From positions 841,041-905,040 of the forward strand of contig CP181398.1 of the NCBI GenBank assembly GCA_047946875.1: a stretch of DNA of 64,000 bases. Direction: 5' to 3'. The stretch comes from Candidatus Kerfeldbacteria bacterium. Its GTDB lineage: Bacteria > Patescibacteriota > Patescibacteriia > UBA10025 > JAHIVO01. Below the pieces are notes generated by a model. That model worked only from the letters and a program-made list of their open reading frames with translations. It was not told the origin of the DNA and did no database searches. Positions 10,509 to 21,245 of the stretch are shown here, one piece after another. How positions within the stretch are numbered: position 1 is the stretch's first letter; each line of letters begins with the position of its first letter. Position numbers and translations under genes: made by a program.

Positions 10509-11726
10509 CTATTTAAATAATTTCTTAACTTTGATAAGAGCTCTTACCAATTTTTTAATATCTTCTTCTGTATTATAAAGATAAAAACTTGCCCTAGTCG
10601 TTGCCTCAATACCTAAACTCTGATGAAGAGGTTGAGCACAATGATGGCCAGCTCTAATCGCAATATTTAACTCATCTAACATCGTTGCCATATCATGAGG
10701 ATGAATATCATCTAATGTAAAAGCAAAAACCGCTCCTCTATCTTTACTTTCTTTAGGCCCCATAATTTTTAGACCCTCTACTTTAGATAATTCTCTTAAT
10801 GCAATTTTGGTAATTTTCTGTTCATGCTTAAATATATTTTTCATACCAATTGAATTAAGATAATCAATTGCTGAACCAAATCCAATAACACCTTCAATAT
10901 TAGGAGTACCTGCTTCAAACTTAAATGGAATTTCATTCCACTCTGCTTCTTTGTGTGTAACATGAGCTATCATACTGCCACCAGTAAGAAATGGGTTCAT
11001 ACTTTCTAATATCTCTTCTTTAGCGTATAAAATTCCTACACCACTTGGTGCTAACATCTTATGTGGAGAAAAAGCATAGAAATCTGCATCAAGATCTGTA
11101 ACATCAACCGGAAAATGAGGCGCCGCTTGTGCTCCATCTACCATTACCTTAATACCTTTTTTATGTGCCTTGGTAACAATCTTTTTAATTGGATTAATTG
11201 TACCCAAAACATTAGACATATGAGTAATAGCTAAAAGCTTTACTTTGCTAGTTAACATTTTATCTAGCTTAACCATGTCCAATCGTCCATTACTCTTAAC
11301 AGGTACATATTTAATAATTGCTTTTTTTTGTTTAGCTAATTCACGCCAAGGTAATAAATTTGCGTGATGTTCCATCTCTGTTACTAAGATCACGTCCCCT
11401 TTTTTAATATGTTGATAACCCCAAGTAAAAGCTAAAAGATTAATACTCTCAGTTGTATTTTTTGTAAATACAATTTCTCTTTCACTACTAGTATTAATAA
11501 ATTTTGCAACTTTTTCTCTTGTTTGTTCATAAAGCTCTGAGGATTCTTCAGATAGTTTATAAATGCCACGATGTACGTTTGCATAATATTTTTCATAAAC
11601 TTCTTTGACCGCATCAATCACTACTTTTGGTTTCTGCGTACTAGCTCCAGAGTCTAAAAAAACTAACCCAGAATTATTTTTAAAAATTGGAAAATCTTTT
11701 TTTATACCTTTATCAATTTTTCTCAT
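10509..11726 (-). CDS. sufS: Cysteine desulfurase
   Basis: LDSGASTQKP, EHHAN, SPHKM, RAGHHCA. Confidence 0.95.
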   Translation of the reverse strand: MRKIDKGIKKDFPIFKNNSGLVFLDSGASTQKPKVVIDAVKEVYEKYYANVHRGIYKLSEESSELYEQTREKVAKFINTSSEREIVFTKNTTESINLLAFTWGYQHIKKGDVILVTEMEHHANLLPWRELAKQKKAIIKYVPVKSNGRLDMVKLDKMLTSKVKLLAITHMSNVLGTINPIKKIVTKAHKKGIKVMVDGAQAAPHFPVDVTDLDADFYAFSPHKMLAPSGVGILYAKEEILESMNPFLTGGSMIAHVTHKEAEWNEIPFKFEAGTPNIEGVIGFGSAIDYLNSIGMKNIFKHEQKITKIALRELSKVEGLKIMGPKESKDRGAVFAFTLDDIHPHDMATMLDELNIAIRAGHHCAQPLHQSLGIEATTRASFYLYNTEEDIKKLVRALIKVKKLFK

Positions 11727-12385
11727 AAAGTTATATTACTTGGTAATTTATCAAATATGGGTTGAAAAAAGCCATCTATTATCATTTTCTTGGCTTGTGA
11801 ATTACTTACTCCTCGACTGGTCAAATAGAATAATTGATCTTCATCGATTTTACCAGTAGTTGAGCCATGTGAAGCTTTTACATCATTTGCCTCTATCTCA
11901 AGATTAGGAATAGAAACACCCATACCCTGATCTAATAATAATACATTATCAGTAAAATAGGAATTAGTTCCTTGAGCTTTTTTATCAATCTTAATAAGCC
12001 CAATAAATTTGCCTATACTTTTATTAGTATATACCCCTTTGATTAATATACCCCCCGTTGTATTTTTAGCTTTATGATTCATAGTAATATCAAAACCGTG
12101 TCTATTATCTGCATTACCATAAAAAGCATAATATACATTTGCCTTTGCACCATTACCAATTAATTCAACTAATACTTTTGTATCCATCTGCTTAACATTA
12201 TGGATATAATTAATGATAGTAAAGGTTGCTTTTGAATCTACTTTTACTTTAATATTGGCTGGATTATTTTTTAAAATTAATAAAGATTCTGCTTCTTTTC
12301 TGACAATAATATTAAAATCCTTAAATTCTTTATTATCTTTTATTAAATTATATATTTCATTTTTTGAAATAACCATTCGTTTCAT
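11723..12385 (-). CDS. sufD: Short SufD-like Fe-S assembly protein
   Basis: PNLEIEANDVKASHG, FYLTSRG. Confidence 0.85.
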   Translation of the reverse strand: MKRMVISKNEIYNLIKDNKEFKDFNIIVRKEAESLLILKNNPANIKVKVDSKATFTIINYIHNVKQMDTKVLVELIGNGAKANVYYAFYGNADNRHGFDITMNHKAKNTTGGILIKGVYTNKSIGKFIGLIKIDKKAQGTNSYFTDNVLLLDQGMGVSIPNLEIEANDVKASHGSTTGKIDEDQLFYLTSRGVSNSQAKKMIIDGFFQPIFDKLPSNITL

Positions 12386-12386
12386 A

Positions 12387-13787
12387 TTATCCTACACTCC
12401 CTTCCATTTCCAATTCTATTAATCTATTTAATTCTACTGCATATTCTACTGGAAGTTCTTTGGCAATTGGTTCTATAAAACCAGCTACAATCATACTCAT
12501 AGCTTCTGTTTCTGATAAACCACGACTCATCAGATAAAATAATTGATCTTCACCAACCTTACCCACACTAGCTTCATGACCAACTTGTACATCTGGCTCT
12601 CTTATTTCCATAGTTGGATATGTATCTGATCTAGCATATCTATCCAATAGCAAAGCGTCACAAACTACATTTGATTTACATCCTTTCATGCCTTTAGGTA
12701 TTTTAACCATCCCACGATATGAAGTACGACCTGTCTCTTTCGAAATAGATTTACTAACTATGGAAGATGAGGTTTCTGGAGCACCATGGATCGCTTTAGC
12801 CCCAGCATCTTGATGCTGACCTTTACCGGCAAATGCGATAGACAATACCTCTCCTCTAGCTTTACGGCCAAGTAAGTAGACTGAAGGATATTTCATTGTT
12901 AACTGACTGCCTAGATTTCCATCAACCCATTCCATCGTCCCTTCCTCATGTACAAAAGTTCTCTTAGTAACCAGATTATATACATTCTTAGACCAATTTT
13001 GTACAGTAGTATATCTGACTCTGGCGCCTTTCTTCACAATTATCTCCACTACAGCGGAATGTAATGATCCAGAAGAATAAACAGGAGCAGTACAACCTTC
13101 TACATAATGAACTAAACTACCTGGCTCTGCCACAATTAAAGTTCGTTCAAATTGACCAGCCTTTTCTGCATTAATACGAAAATATGCTTGTAAAGGAAAT
13201 TCTACCTTTACTCCGGCAGGTACATAAACAAAACTACCTCCACTCCAGACAGAAGTATTTAGCGCAGAAAACTTATTATCACCAGCCGGGACTACAGTAC
13301 CAAAATATTTTTTTACTAGATCGGGATATTTACGTAATGCAGTATCCATATCAGTAAATATTACGCCAATTTTTTCCATCTTTGACTGTAAACTATGATA
13401 TACAGCCTCTGATTCATATTGAGCCATAACGCCAGTTAAATATTTTTGTTCATCTTTTACGATTCCTAATCTATCATAAGTATTACGAATATTCTTAGGC
13501 ACATCATCCCAACTTTTTGAAATTTTCTCCGTAGGTTTAAGATAATAATAAATTTCATCAAAGTTTAGTTGAGAGAGATCTCCACCCCAAGTTTGCATTT
13601 TCTTTTTTCGAAATATATCATAGGCCTTTAATCTTTCATCCAACATCCACTTTGGCTCATTTTTCATATAAGAGATATCTTGGACAGTTTTTTTATCTAA
13701 TCCTTTTTTTGCCTTATATAAATACTTAACGTCATCTGGACGCTCTTTTTCAGCTTGCTTATTAATATTTTTTAATTCTTGGTTCAT
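12387..13787 (-). CDS. sufB: Fe-S cluster assembly protein SufB
   Basis: [30 protein letters not shown]-terminus. Confidence 0.97.
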   Translation of the reverse strand: MNQELKNINKQAEKERPDDVKYLYKAKKGLDKKTVQDISYMKNEPKWMLDERLKAYDIFRKKKMQTWGGDLSQLNFDEIYYYLKPTEKISKSWDDVPKNIRNTYDRLGIVKDEQKYLTGVMAQYESEAVYHSLQSKMEKIGVIFTDMDTALRKYPDLVKKYFGTVVPAGDNKFSALNTSVWSGGSFVYVPAGVKVEFPLQAYFRINAEKAGQFERTLIVAEPGSLVHYVEGCTAPVYSSGSLHSAVVEIIVKKGARVRYTTVQNWSKNVYNLVTKRTFVHEEGTMEWVDGNLGSQLTMKYPSVYLLGRKARGEVLSIAFAGKGQHQDAGAKAIHGAPETSSSIVSKSISKETGRTSYRGMVKIPKGMKGCKSNVVCDALLLDRYARSDTYPTMEIREPDVQVGHEASVGKVGEDQLFYLMSRGLSETEAMSMIVAGFIEPIAKELPVEYAVELNRLIELEMEGSVG

Positions 13788-13790
13788 GTG

Positions 13791-14531
13791 TTATTTTATC
13801 CAATCATAGCCCTTCTTTTCTACCTGAGCTGCTAGAACTTCCTTTCCCGACTTTAATATTTTCCCATCTTTCATAATATGAACATAATCAGGTTTAATAT
13901 GATTCAATATTCTAAAATAATGAGTTATAATCAATATTCCCATTTTTTTGTTTTCCTTTTGAACTTTTTTTATACCTTCTGATACTGTTCTCAAAGCGTC
14001 AATATCTAGCCCGCTATCCGTCTCATCAAGTATGGCCAATTTTGGATTTAATACTGCTAGCTGGAGTATTTCTAACTTTTTCTTCTCACCCCCAGAGAAT
14101 CCTTCATTAAGAGAACGTTCTGCTAAGTCTTTTTTAATTTTTAACATTTTAATTTTGGTCTCGAAATATTTTGAAAATTCCAAAGGTGATAGTTTATCTT
14201 TTGGATGGAGATTATTATAAGCACTTCTTAAAAAATGAGGTACAGACAATCCAGGGACTTCTACCGGATATTGGAAAGATAAAAATATCCCTAACTTTGC
14301 TCGATCTTCAGGAGACATATTTTTGATATTTTTACCCTGAGATTTAATCACACCAGAAATAACATGAAAACTTGGATGACCCATAATAGTAGAAGCCAAG
14401 GTTGACTTACCAGAACCATTTGGTCCCATCAGAGCATGTATCTCGCCTGGCTTAATATCTAGATCAAGCCCTTTAATAATATTCTTTTTTCCAATATTTA
14501 TTTTTATTTTTTTAATTTCTAATAATTTCAT
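13791..14531 (-). CDS. sufC: Fe-S assembly ATPase SufC
   Basis: GPNGSGKS, FSGGEKK, LDETDSGLDID. Confidence 0.95.
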   Translation of the reverse strand: MKLLEIKKIKINIGKKNIIKGLDLDIKPGEIHALMGPNGSGKSTLASTIMGHPSFHVISGVIKSQGKNIKNMSPEDRAKLGIFLSFQYPVEVPGLSVPHFLRSAYNNLHPKDKLSPLEFSKYFETKIKMLKIKKDLAERSLNEGFSGGEKKKLEILQLAVLNPKLAILDETDSGLDIDALRTVSEGIKKVQKENKKMGILIITHYFRILNHIKPDYVHIMKDGKILKSGKEVLAAQVEKKGYDWIK

Positions 14532-14534
14532 ATT

Positions 14535-15095
14535 TTATTTTTTTAAATAATTACATTCTACTTGAAACTTACATTCTACGCAGACAGGCTCTTCAGTTTT
14601 TAAATCATCTGTTAGATGACCACAAGCTATACAGAACAATTCAGGTATTATTTTCTTTGGATGAGAATCTTTTTGACAATGTTTACACAAACCACGAATT
14701 TCATAATTCTCTGAACGAATATAAAATTTATTTTTGCTAGCAATATCCTTTAATCCTCTAATTAAAGGCACGTCTTTTGAATCTTTAATTTCTTCGATAC
14801 CATGGCATTTTTCACAAACAAAATGTACATGACTATCAACACGCGATTCGAAATGAGTCACCTTATCAACTATAAATTGTTTTAATAATCCATGATCTGC
14901 TAAAAAACTCAAATTTCGATAAACCGTAGCCAAGCTGATATTCTTTAATCTCTTTTTAACTCCTTTATATACATTCTCAGCATTAGGATGTACATGATTT
15001 TTTCTTACCCAATCTAAAATAACTAACCTTTGCTTGGTTAATCTATAATCTTTTTTAGCAACTTTATCCTCTTTTTTTAATACTTTTTTTGACAT
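14535..15095 (-). CDS. Fur/PerR-family regulator with an extra Cys-rich C-terminal tail
   Basis: RLTKQR, HPNAE, SLATVYRNL, HVHFVCEKC, GLCKHC; ATG at 15095 follows AAGGA (track start 15125 is probably too long). Confidence 0.85.
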   Translation of the reverse strand: MSKKVLKKEDKVAKKDYRLTKQRLVILDWVRKNHVHPNAENVYKGVKKRLKNISLATVYRNLSFLADHGLLKQFIVDKVTHFESRVDSHVHFVCEKCHGIEEIKDSKDVPLIRGLKDIASKNKFYIRSENYEIRGLCKHCQKDSHPKKIIPELFCIACGHLTDDLKTEEPVCVECKFQVECNYLKK

Positions 15096-15109
15096 TGAAT
15101 ATTCCTTAT

Positions 15110-15124
15110 TGATAATGATTCGCA
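15110..15124. promoter_or_regulatory. Fur-box-like operator of the fur-suf operon
   Basis: TGATAATGATTCGCA matches TGATAAT-N-ATTATCA at 12/14; lies just downstream of a minus-strand promoter TTGACA(15159-15154)-17 nt-TAGAAT(15136-15131). Confidence 0.7.
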
Positions 15125-15269
15125 ATAATAATTCTACTACCCTATTCTATTTTTGTCAATAAATCATAAATACTATTATTCATTAAAGAGTAAATTGACA
15201 AATAAATACACTATGATAAAGTACCGAAATAAGAAATATATAAGCTCTTTTCATTTAGAGGGTAATAAT

Positions 15270-15818
15270 ATGGTAATAAAAAAACCAACTGTTTTAACAG
15301 TCTGCTACCCAATAGTTAATAATAGAATTTTGCTTGGAAAAAAGAAAAGAAACATTAAAGCAAGACATTATGTCTATGGGGTTGGATTATTTAATGGTTT
15401 TGGTGGTCATCAAGAATCAGATGAAACAATCATTCAAACTGCAAAACGAGAACTCGAAGATGAGTCTGGCTTAATAGCTACCGAACTAACCAAGGTCGGA
15501 GTCGTACTAATTGTCTACAAAGATAGTGATAAAATGATTGAGTTACATTTTTTTACAACAAAAACTTTTAAAGGTGTGGTAAAAGAATCAAATGAGATGC
15601 GTCCTGTCTGGTGTAACATTGATAGATTGCCACTATCTGAAATGTGGCCCAACGACTCATATTATATGGATATGATTATAACAAACCAGAAATTTATTGG
15701 GTACTTCATTCTCAATAATCCTGATGATAAAAAAATCCTATCCTATAATGTAAAACAAATTAAAACTCTACCCGAACATCTAAACCATGTACGATACCTA
15801 CGATCTTTGAACCTGTAA
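15270..15818 (+). CDS. Nudix hydrolase (8-oxo-dGTPase / NUDT1-like)
   Basis: NGFGG...RELEDESG Nudix box, EMRPVW, MWPND; start chosen after GAGGG. Confidence 0.85.
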   Translation: MVIKKPTVLTVCYPIVNNRILLGKKKRNIKARHYVYGVGLFNGFGGHQESDETIIQTAKRELEDESGLIATELTKVGVVLIVYKDSDKMIELHFFTTKTFKGVVKESNEMRPVWCNIDRLPLSEMWPNDSYYMDMIITNQKFIGYFILNNPDDKKILSYNVKQIKTLPEHLNHVRYLRSLNL

Positions 15819-15839
15819 CTAATACTTACAGGTTTTTTT
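15810..15839 (+). terminator. Intrinsic terminator
   Basis: AACCTGTAA...TTACAGGTT followed by a T-run. Confidence 0.7.
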
Positions 15840-15883
15840 ATATAAAAAAACGGTTCCATAAATTGAAACCGTTTACAAACTTT

Positions 15884-16813
15884 CTATTGATTAAAGATGG
15901 ATACAACTTTAATAACTCTTGATTTTATTTCTTCTGGAGAAGGATTCATCTCGGCAGTTGTAAAATTACAACCAACTTGATCAATTCGCTCAAATATCTG
16001 CAGATAAAGACTGAAAAGAACTTCTAAACTAAGCAGATACCTAGGTTGCATTTCACTACCTACCCTATCTAACATCTGTCTAGATCCTATTCTGTAACCA
16101 TCGGCTAATTCCTGATATTTCTTTATCAATAGACGGAAATCATTATTAATTTTTCCATCTTTCGCCATCTTTCTTAGGATTGGTATAGTTAAGCCAAATT
16201 CAGCCAAAAAATCATCAGAAAAATAATTTAGACCATCATTATGATCTTCTTGAAAATCACGGATTATATGAACTAGATATGAGAATCTAGCTAAAGGTCT
16301 AGCCGTCTCCATAATATCAAAAGTTGGCTTAGTATAAATACTACCAGCATCATTAATACCACAAAGATGCATAAAAATTGCGCCTGGTGAGACAGCTGCC
16401 CCTTCCGTATATTTTAGAAAAACTGGGAAAGATTCAAAACCATTATTATCGATATCATATTTCATAGACTCGACTAATTTTTCCCATGGCCATATCGGAA
16501 GGTCAATCTTCTTCAACAAGTCTATTAGTTCTTGTTGATTTTTGTCAAATTGAAACTTGCCTTGGATAGCTAAGATCCACTGGCTTAACTTTGTATCAAT
16601 CAGGTCTCTAAGATGTGGTGGCACTTTGCCTTGATATTTCTCCTTAATATCATCAACAATGTTATCAATAATTCTCATTGATCTATAGCACAAGCGAAAT
16701 GCGTCCTGCCGTTCTTGGCTAAAAAAAATTGCCCCAATACCTAAGATCGGGCTCTTAGAAATAAACTCAAGTGTTAATTTTTCTAACACTTCATCTGAGT
16801 TAAATTGATCCAT
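15884..16813 (-). CDS. Squalene/phytoene synthase family protein
   Basis: YRSMRIIDNIVDD and HIIRDFQED Asp-rich motifs. Confidence 0.8.
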   Translation of the reverse strand: MDQFNSDEVLEKLTLEFISKSPILGIGAIFFSQERQDAFRLCYRSMRIIDNIVDDIKEKYQGKVPPHLRDLIDTKLSQWILAIQGKFQFDKNQQELIDLLKKIDLPIWPWEKLVESMKYDIDNNGFESFPVFLKYTEGAAVSPGAIFMHLCGINDAGSIYTKPTFDIMETARPLARFSYLVHIIRDFQEDHNDGLNYFSDDFLAEFGLTIPILRKMAKDGKINNDFRLLIKKYQELADGYRIGSRQMLDRVGSEMQPRYLLSLEVLFSLYLQIFERIDQVGCNFTTAEMNPSPEEIKSRVIKVVSIFNQ

Positions 16814-16952
16814 CAGAACTCCTTTTTTGTTATATTAATGAACTAATATTTAAATAAACTTAACAATAATCAAGCTATGTGTCAATAAAAAAAGACCATA
16901 TAGACTATTGTATTTATTTTTTAAAATGCTATCATACATCTACCTTAACATC

Positions 16953-17155
16953 TTATGTATGAAGGAAACCGGTTAGAATCCGGTGCTGTCGCGCAACTGT
17001 ACTCCATAATTTTTATGGTAAGCCAGGTCGATCATACATAATTATCTTGCATATTTATTTCATAATATGCATTCTCTTCGCGTAAAAAGAGATGGGTAAT
17101 TGTTTATACAATTATGGTCGTCCAAATCCTTGTACTCGAAGTTAAGGATTTTTTT
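16953..17155 (+). promoter_or_regulatory. Compact cobalamin riboswitch with terminator-type expression platform
   Basis: Closing stem TTATGTATGA/TCATACATAA; AGGAA-ACCGGTTAGAATCCGGT; GCAACTGT; AAGCCAG B12-box; CGCG/CGCG kissing loop with hairpin at ~17073-17092; terminator 17124-17155. Confidence 0.85.
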
Positions 17156-17175
17156 ATAAACTAATTTTAACAAAT

Positions 17176-17613
17176 ATGAAAAACAATATAACAAAAATTA
17201 TTGTAGGGACAATTATTTTGGCTATCATAATTATTGGTATGGCATTAATTCAAAACAATGACAATAATACTAATACAAACATTGATAACACTAATACAAC
17301 CGTTACAGAGGAAATTACAATATCTACTACTATAGATAGCGGAGAAACTACTAATACCTATGATAAAAAAATATCTACAGATTCTACTGCCTTAAATGTT
17401 CTGAATCTTATTGCCGATGAAGATGATATTATCTTAGGAACAAGCACTACAGATTTTGGAGTTCTAATAAATTCTATCGATAGTATTGGAGAAGACGCTG
17501 ATGATGGTAAATATTGGTCATTTTACGTTAACGATGAAATGGCTAGTGTTGGAGTAGCTGACTACATAGTTAGTAATAATGATATAATTTTAATGAAATA
17601 CCAAGCTTTCTAA
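17176..17613 (+). CDS. DUF4430 (transcobalamin-like) membrane-anchored B12-binding protein
   Basis: FGVLINSID, YWSFYVN, VGVADY motifs; downstream of the B12 riboswitch. Confidence 0.85.
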   Translation: MKNNITKIIVGTIILAIIIIGMALIQNNDNNTNTNIDNTNTTVTEEITISTTIDSGETTNTYDKKISTDSTALNVLNLIADEDDIILGTSTTDFGVLINSIDSIGEDADDGKYWSFYVNDEMASVGVADYIVSNNDIILMKYQAF

Positions 17614-17745
17614 ACTACTATTAAAAAAACTCGTTATTACTAAGCAATAGCGGGTTTTTTTATACCTACATATTGACATATTAATATTTTTTTGATAGTA
17701 TTAATAATTATAAAAAACAATAACAAAAATAAATACGGAGGTTAA

Positions 17746-18033
17746 ATGGAGTTCAACGCGAAATCACGGAAGCTATTCAAAAAAGTCATTGATGAATATA
17801 ATGACAACCAACGCACCTTAATACTAAACGGGCATACAGAGGAAGAACCTTTTCAATTATACCCAATCAAAAATTCTGAGTTAGAGAAACCAGATGATAT
17901 TTTTGGGATTAATGATGCATCACGAATTAGTCGCATCATTACGACTAAAGAAGCTATTCAGCTCAAGGATGACCCCAATTGTGATAACAGTACTGTTATT
18001 AATTTCTTCCTTAGTTCCATCGGTGCTATCTAG
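17746..18033 (+). CDS. Hypothetical protein
   Basis: GGAGG Shine-Dalgarno, own TTGACA promoter and downstream hairpin. Confidence 0.6.
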   Translation: MEFNAKSRKLFKKVIDEYNDNQRTLILNGHTEEEPFQLYPIKNSELEKPDDIFGINDASRISRIITTKEAIQLKDDPNCDNSTVINFFLSSIGAI

Positions 18034-18091
18034 CACCAAATACAAAATTATTAATAGCGTCTAAGTTTAAATCTATGGCGCTATTTTTTTA

Positions 18092-19597
18092 TTATTTCTT
18101 TTTGATAGTAAAAATTTTCTTTTTCTTTAAAGCTTCTAATGCTAGAACTATTCTATCATTATTTTGAGCATAAAGAGTATAGAGCCTTCCACCTTTTCTA
18201 ATTTTTTGACCTAACCTTTTATTAATATAAATACCGGCTAATTGCTCATGTGGCGCTCCTAATATTCTAGCAATTTTATCTACCATATCATCATCTATAC
18301 CAACTATAGTACCAGTAGCTGGCGAATGATATCGATGACGAATTGCAGCCATAGTCAAATCTTCTGAATCAATATTTACTTTACCGCCTTGTTCTCTTAT
18401 AATATCTTTCATCTTCTCCCAAGCTTTACCAGAAGTAAGTGCTTCAACTGCCAACATATGTCCCTGTCCTGGTTTAGCTTTGCCAGTTAATTCTAATAAT
18501 TTTGCGGAAAGCTTAATACTTTTGTTTTGCAAATCTGATGGTCGATAATCTTTTTGCTGTAATACACGTAGCACATCCCTTGCTTCCAAAGATGGTCCTA
18601 TGCCACGTCCCACTGGTTCCCTAGTATCTGTCAAAACAGTTTCTATTTTAATATTGAATCTCTTAGCTAAATATTCAAACTTTTCTTTAACACGTAAAGC
18701 AATTTTTTTACTAGTCAATTTTACTGTTGGACCATATGGCAAGTCAATGACTAAATGAGTTATTCCCATAGCAACTTTCTTGGCCATAATACTAACTACC
18801 ATTTTATCCATTGGTTCTAGTGCTAAAGAATGTTGTACTCTAATAATATAATCATCAGCAGGAGCTAAACGAAAACTACCACCCCAAATCAAACAACAAT
18901 TAATTTTTTTAATTATTTCTCTAACCCTATCAAACTTTATTGCTACTGGCGCTAAAACCTCCATAGTGTCAGCTGTACCGGCTGGTGAGGTAATAGCTCT
19001 AGACGAAGTTTTTGGGATAAATACCCCAAGAGAAGCAACTATCGGGACAACCACCATCGTAGTACGATTACCTGCTACTCCGCCTACTGAATGTTTATCC
19101 GCAACTACCTTGCTCGGTAATTTCAGCATTTCTCCAGTTTCTGCCATTGCTTTAGTCATATAATAAAGTTCTTCATTTGAAAATTCATCCACAAAACTCG
19201 AGGCAACAAAATAAGTTGTTTCTACTTTACTTAATTTATGATCAACAATATCTTGAATAATTGAGTGCATCTCTTCATATGATAGACTTTTACCTAATAA
19301 TTTTTTTCGAATTGCTTCAATAGAAGGTGGTCGTGACAACACCTTTATAGATATCGGTTCACCTTGTTTTACCTTTCGAAATTTCCAAATCTCCCTAAAT
19401 ATACCAATTTCACCCTTATTAACTTTCTTACGTGTGTAATAAGCAACTACCACAGCTTTATTCTTACCCCAGCGAATCTCAACCCTGTCTCCCATAACAA
19501 TACCAAAAGTTTTTGCTTCTTTCTCTTGAAGAACTACTACCCACGGTTGCTCCCCAGATTGAAAATCTAATTTTTTAGCATGAAGAAAAAATGGCAT
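18092..19597 (-). CDS. AMP phosphorylase / thymidine phosphorylase family (archaeal type)
   Basis: N-terminal barrel extension, DKHSVGGVAGN, KTSSRAITSPAGTADTME, GRGIGP. Confidence 0.9.
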   Translation of the reverse strand: MPFFLHAKKLDFQSGEQPWVVVLQEKEAKTFGIVMGDRVEIRWGKNKAVVVAYYTRKKVNKGEIGIFREIWKFRKVKQGEPISIKVLSRPPSIEAIRKKLLGKSLSYEEMHSIIQDIVDHKLSKVETTYFVASSFVDEFSNEELYYMTKAMAETGEMLKLPSKVVADKHSVGGVAGNRTTMVVVPIVASLGVFIPKTSSRAITSPAGTADTMEVLAPVAIKFDRVREIIKKINCCLIWGGSFRLAPADDYIIRVQHSLALEPMDKMVVSIMAKKVAMGITHLVIDLPYGPTVKLTSKKIALRVKEKFEYLAKRFNIKIETVLTDTREPVGRGIGPSLEARDVLRVLQQKDYRPSDLQNKSIKLSAKLLELTGKAKPGQGHMLAVEALTSGKAWEKMKDIIREQGGKVNIDSEDLTMAAIRHRYHSPATGTIVGIDDDMVDKIARILGAPHEQLAGIYINKRLGQKIRKGGRLYTLYAQNNDRIVLALEALKKKKIFTIKKK

Positions 19598-19601
19598 ATT
19601 T

Positions 19602-20525
19602 TTATATCATTTTATTTTTTTTAGCAAAATATATACTTCCTGCAACCATCCCACCCATAACAATAAAAATTATCCAAATACCTATCGGATGATTTGCAAA
19701 CGGTAATCCTGTCACATTCATTCCATAGATACTAGCTATTAAAGTAAGTGGCAACAAAGCAACCGAAATAATTGTTAATACCTGGATTACTTGATTTGTT
19801 TTTTGGTTAATAAAAGATTCATTTGTATTATATAGTCCATCAACTACTTCTCTATAATTATCTAAAGCTGACCACATATTCTCAATATAATCGTCAACAT
19901 CATCAAAATATGTAGATAAGACTTCAGTCAAAAAATCATTACGCATCTCTACAATCTTATCCATAATCTTTAACTGCGGATCCAGAATCCTACGTAAGTT
20001 TAGAATATTACGTCGACTAATAGCCAAATCTCTTGTTGCCTCTTTATTTTTGCCAGTATACACTTCATGTTCTACAACGGCTAATTGATTACCTATCTTA
20101 TTAACCACAGGTAAAGTTTTTCTAAATAGCACATCTAATATTTTATACAACAAATACCCCGAGCTGCCATCAAGAATATCTTGAGATATTTTTTTATTTA
20201 TTTTTTTTCTTGTTCGTAAGATTAAATTTTCTAAAAATCTATCTTTATCACCACTTAACGTAATCAAAAAATTACGCCCCAAAAAAACATTCAAAGGCTT
20301 AATATTAACTTTCTTTGTTTTTTTATTGTAAATTGGAAAGTGAAATATAATAAATAGATAATCTTTATAAATATCAATTTTTGGCCTCTGAACTCCCTCA
20401 CGACAATCCTTCAAATCCAAATGATGAAATTTATAATTCTTTTCTAAAAATCCAATATCCTCTCCAGTAACTGGACTAATATGTACCCAATTTAATTTTG
20501 GCAAATTAGCTACTTGTCGTGCCAT
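19602..20525 (-). CDS. corA: CorA-family Mg/Co transporter
   Basis: RPKID, YGMN signature, two C-terminal TMs. Confidence 0.9.
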   Translation of the reverse strand: MARQVANLPKLNWVHISPVTGEDIGFLEKNYKFHHLDLKDCREGVQRPKIDIYKDYLFIIFHFPIYNKKTKKVNIKPLNVFLGRNFLITLSGDKDRFLENLILRTRKKINKKISQDILDGSSGYLLYKILDVLFRKTLPVVNKIGNQLAVVEHEVYTGKNKEATRDLAISRRNILNLRRILDPQLKIMDKIVEMRNDFLTEVLSTYFDDVDDYIENMWSALDNYREVVDGLYNTNESFINQKTNQVIQVLTIISVALLPLTLIASIYGMNVTGLPFANHPIGIWIIFIVMGGMVAGSIYFAKKNKMI

Positions 20526-20664
20526 AAAAATTTCGATATAAAATAATCTATAGTTATTATACTATATATAAGTCTTTTTCGCCAAAAAAGAAGACCCACT
20601 TTAAAAATAGTGGATCTCTTATATATGAGTCGGAATTTTATACAGCTACCGCTGTTTTATTATC

Positions 20665-20814
20665 CTAGGAAGTCTTTATTGACTCACCTTCATCGTAAGG
20701 CGCTGTGTAATCACATCCATCAGTGGTACATTCAGTCTTACCATCCTTGGTAAACAATTTATTGTACCCACATCTTGGACATTTAACTGGGGGGTACGAA
20801 TTTAGAATCGTCAT
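20665..20814 (-). CDS. 49-aa zinc-ribbon small protein (not in ORF track)
   Basis: AGGAGA SD; MTILNSYPPVKCPRCGYNKLFTKDGKTECTTDGCDYTAPYDEGESIKTS. Confidence 0.65.
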   Translation of the reverse strand: MTILNSYPPVKCPRCGYNKLFTKDGKTECTTDGCDYTAPYDEGESIKTS

Positions 20815-20844
20815 CCTTAAGTCTCCTATTTTGGGTTGTTGTTT

Positions 20845-21174
20845 TTATTTGGTTTTTGTTATGACTTTATTTAAATCTTTTAATAATGGTTTCAAAGAAA
20901 TTCCATGAACCGATACACCAGCTTCAAGTGATTCATATGGCGATAACATACAGCCGACACAATGTAATCCGTATTGCATTAAAACTTCACTGGTTTGTGG
21001 GTATTTACTAACAAGCTCTCCCATCAAAATATCTTTAGTAATTTTATCTTTTTTTGATTTTTTAGTTTTTACAACATTCTTAGTTTTTGATTTTATAACT
21101 GACTTTTTTTTAGATATCTTTCCTTCTGCTTTTTTCTTAGTTATAATAACCTTAATTTTACTCACCATATTCAA
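20845..21174 (-). CDS. DUF1858 domain protein with Lys-rich N-terminus
   Basis: ITKD...YGLHCVGC...ESLE...HGI. Confidence 0.8.
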   Translation of the reverse strand: MNMVSKIKVIITKKKAEGKISKKKSVIKSKTKNVVKTKKSKKDKITKDILMGELVSKYPQTSEVLMQYGLHCVGCMLSPYESLEAGVSVHGISLKPLLKDLNKVITKTK

Positions 21175-21245
21175 ATTTACTTTATAATTATTTTGTAAAG
21201 CTTATTCTATAGATTAACTATACTATTGTCAATAGACTATTGATC

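Noticed and set aside
16830-16880. CarH-type 11-bp tandem operator upstream of the synthase
   Set aside because: Only weak TnnACA-like matches with irregular spacing in very AT-rich DNA
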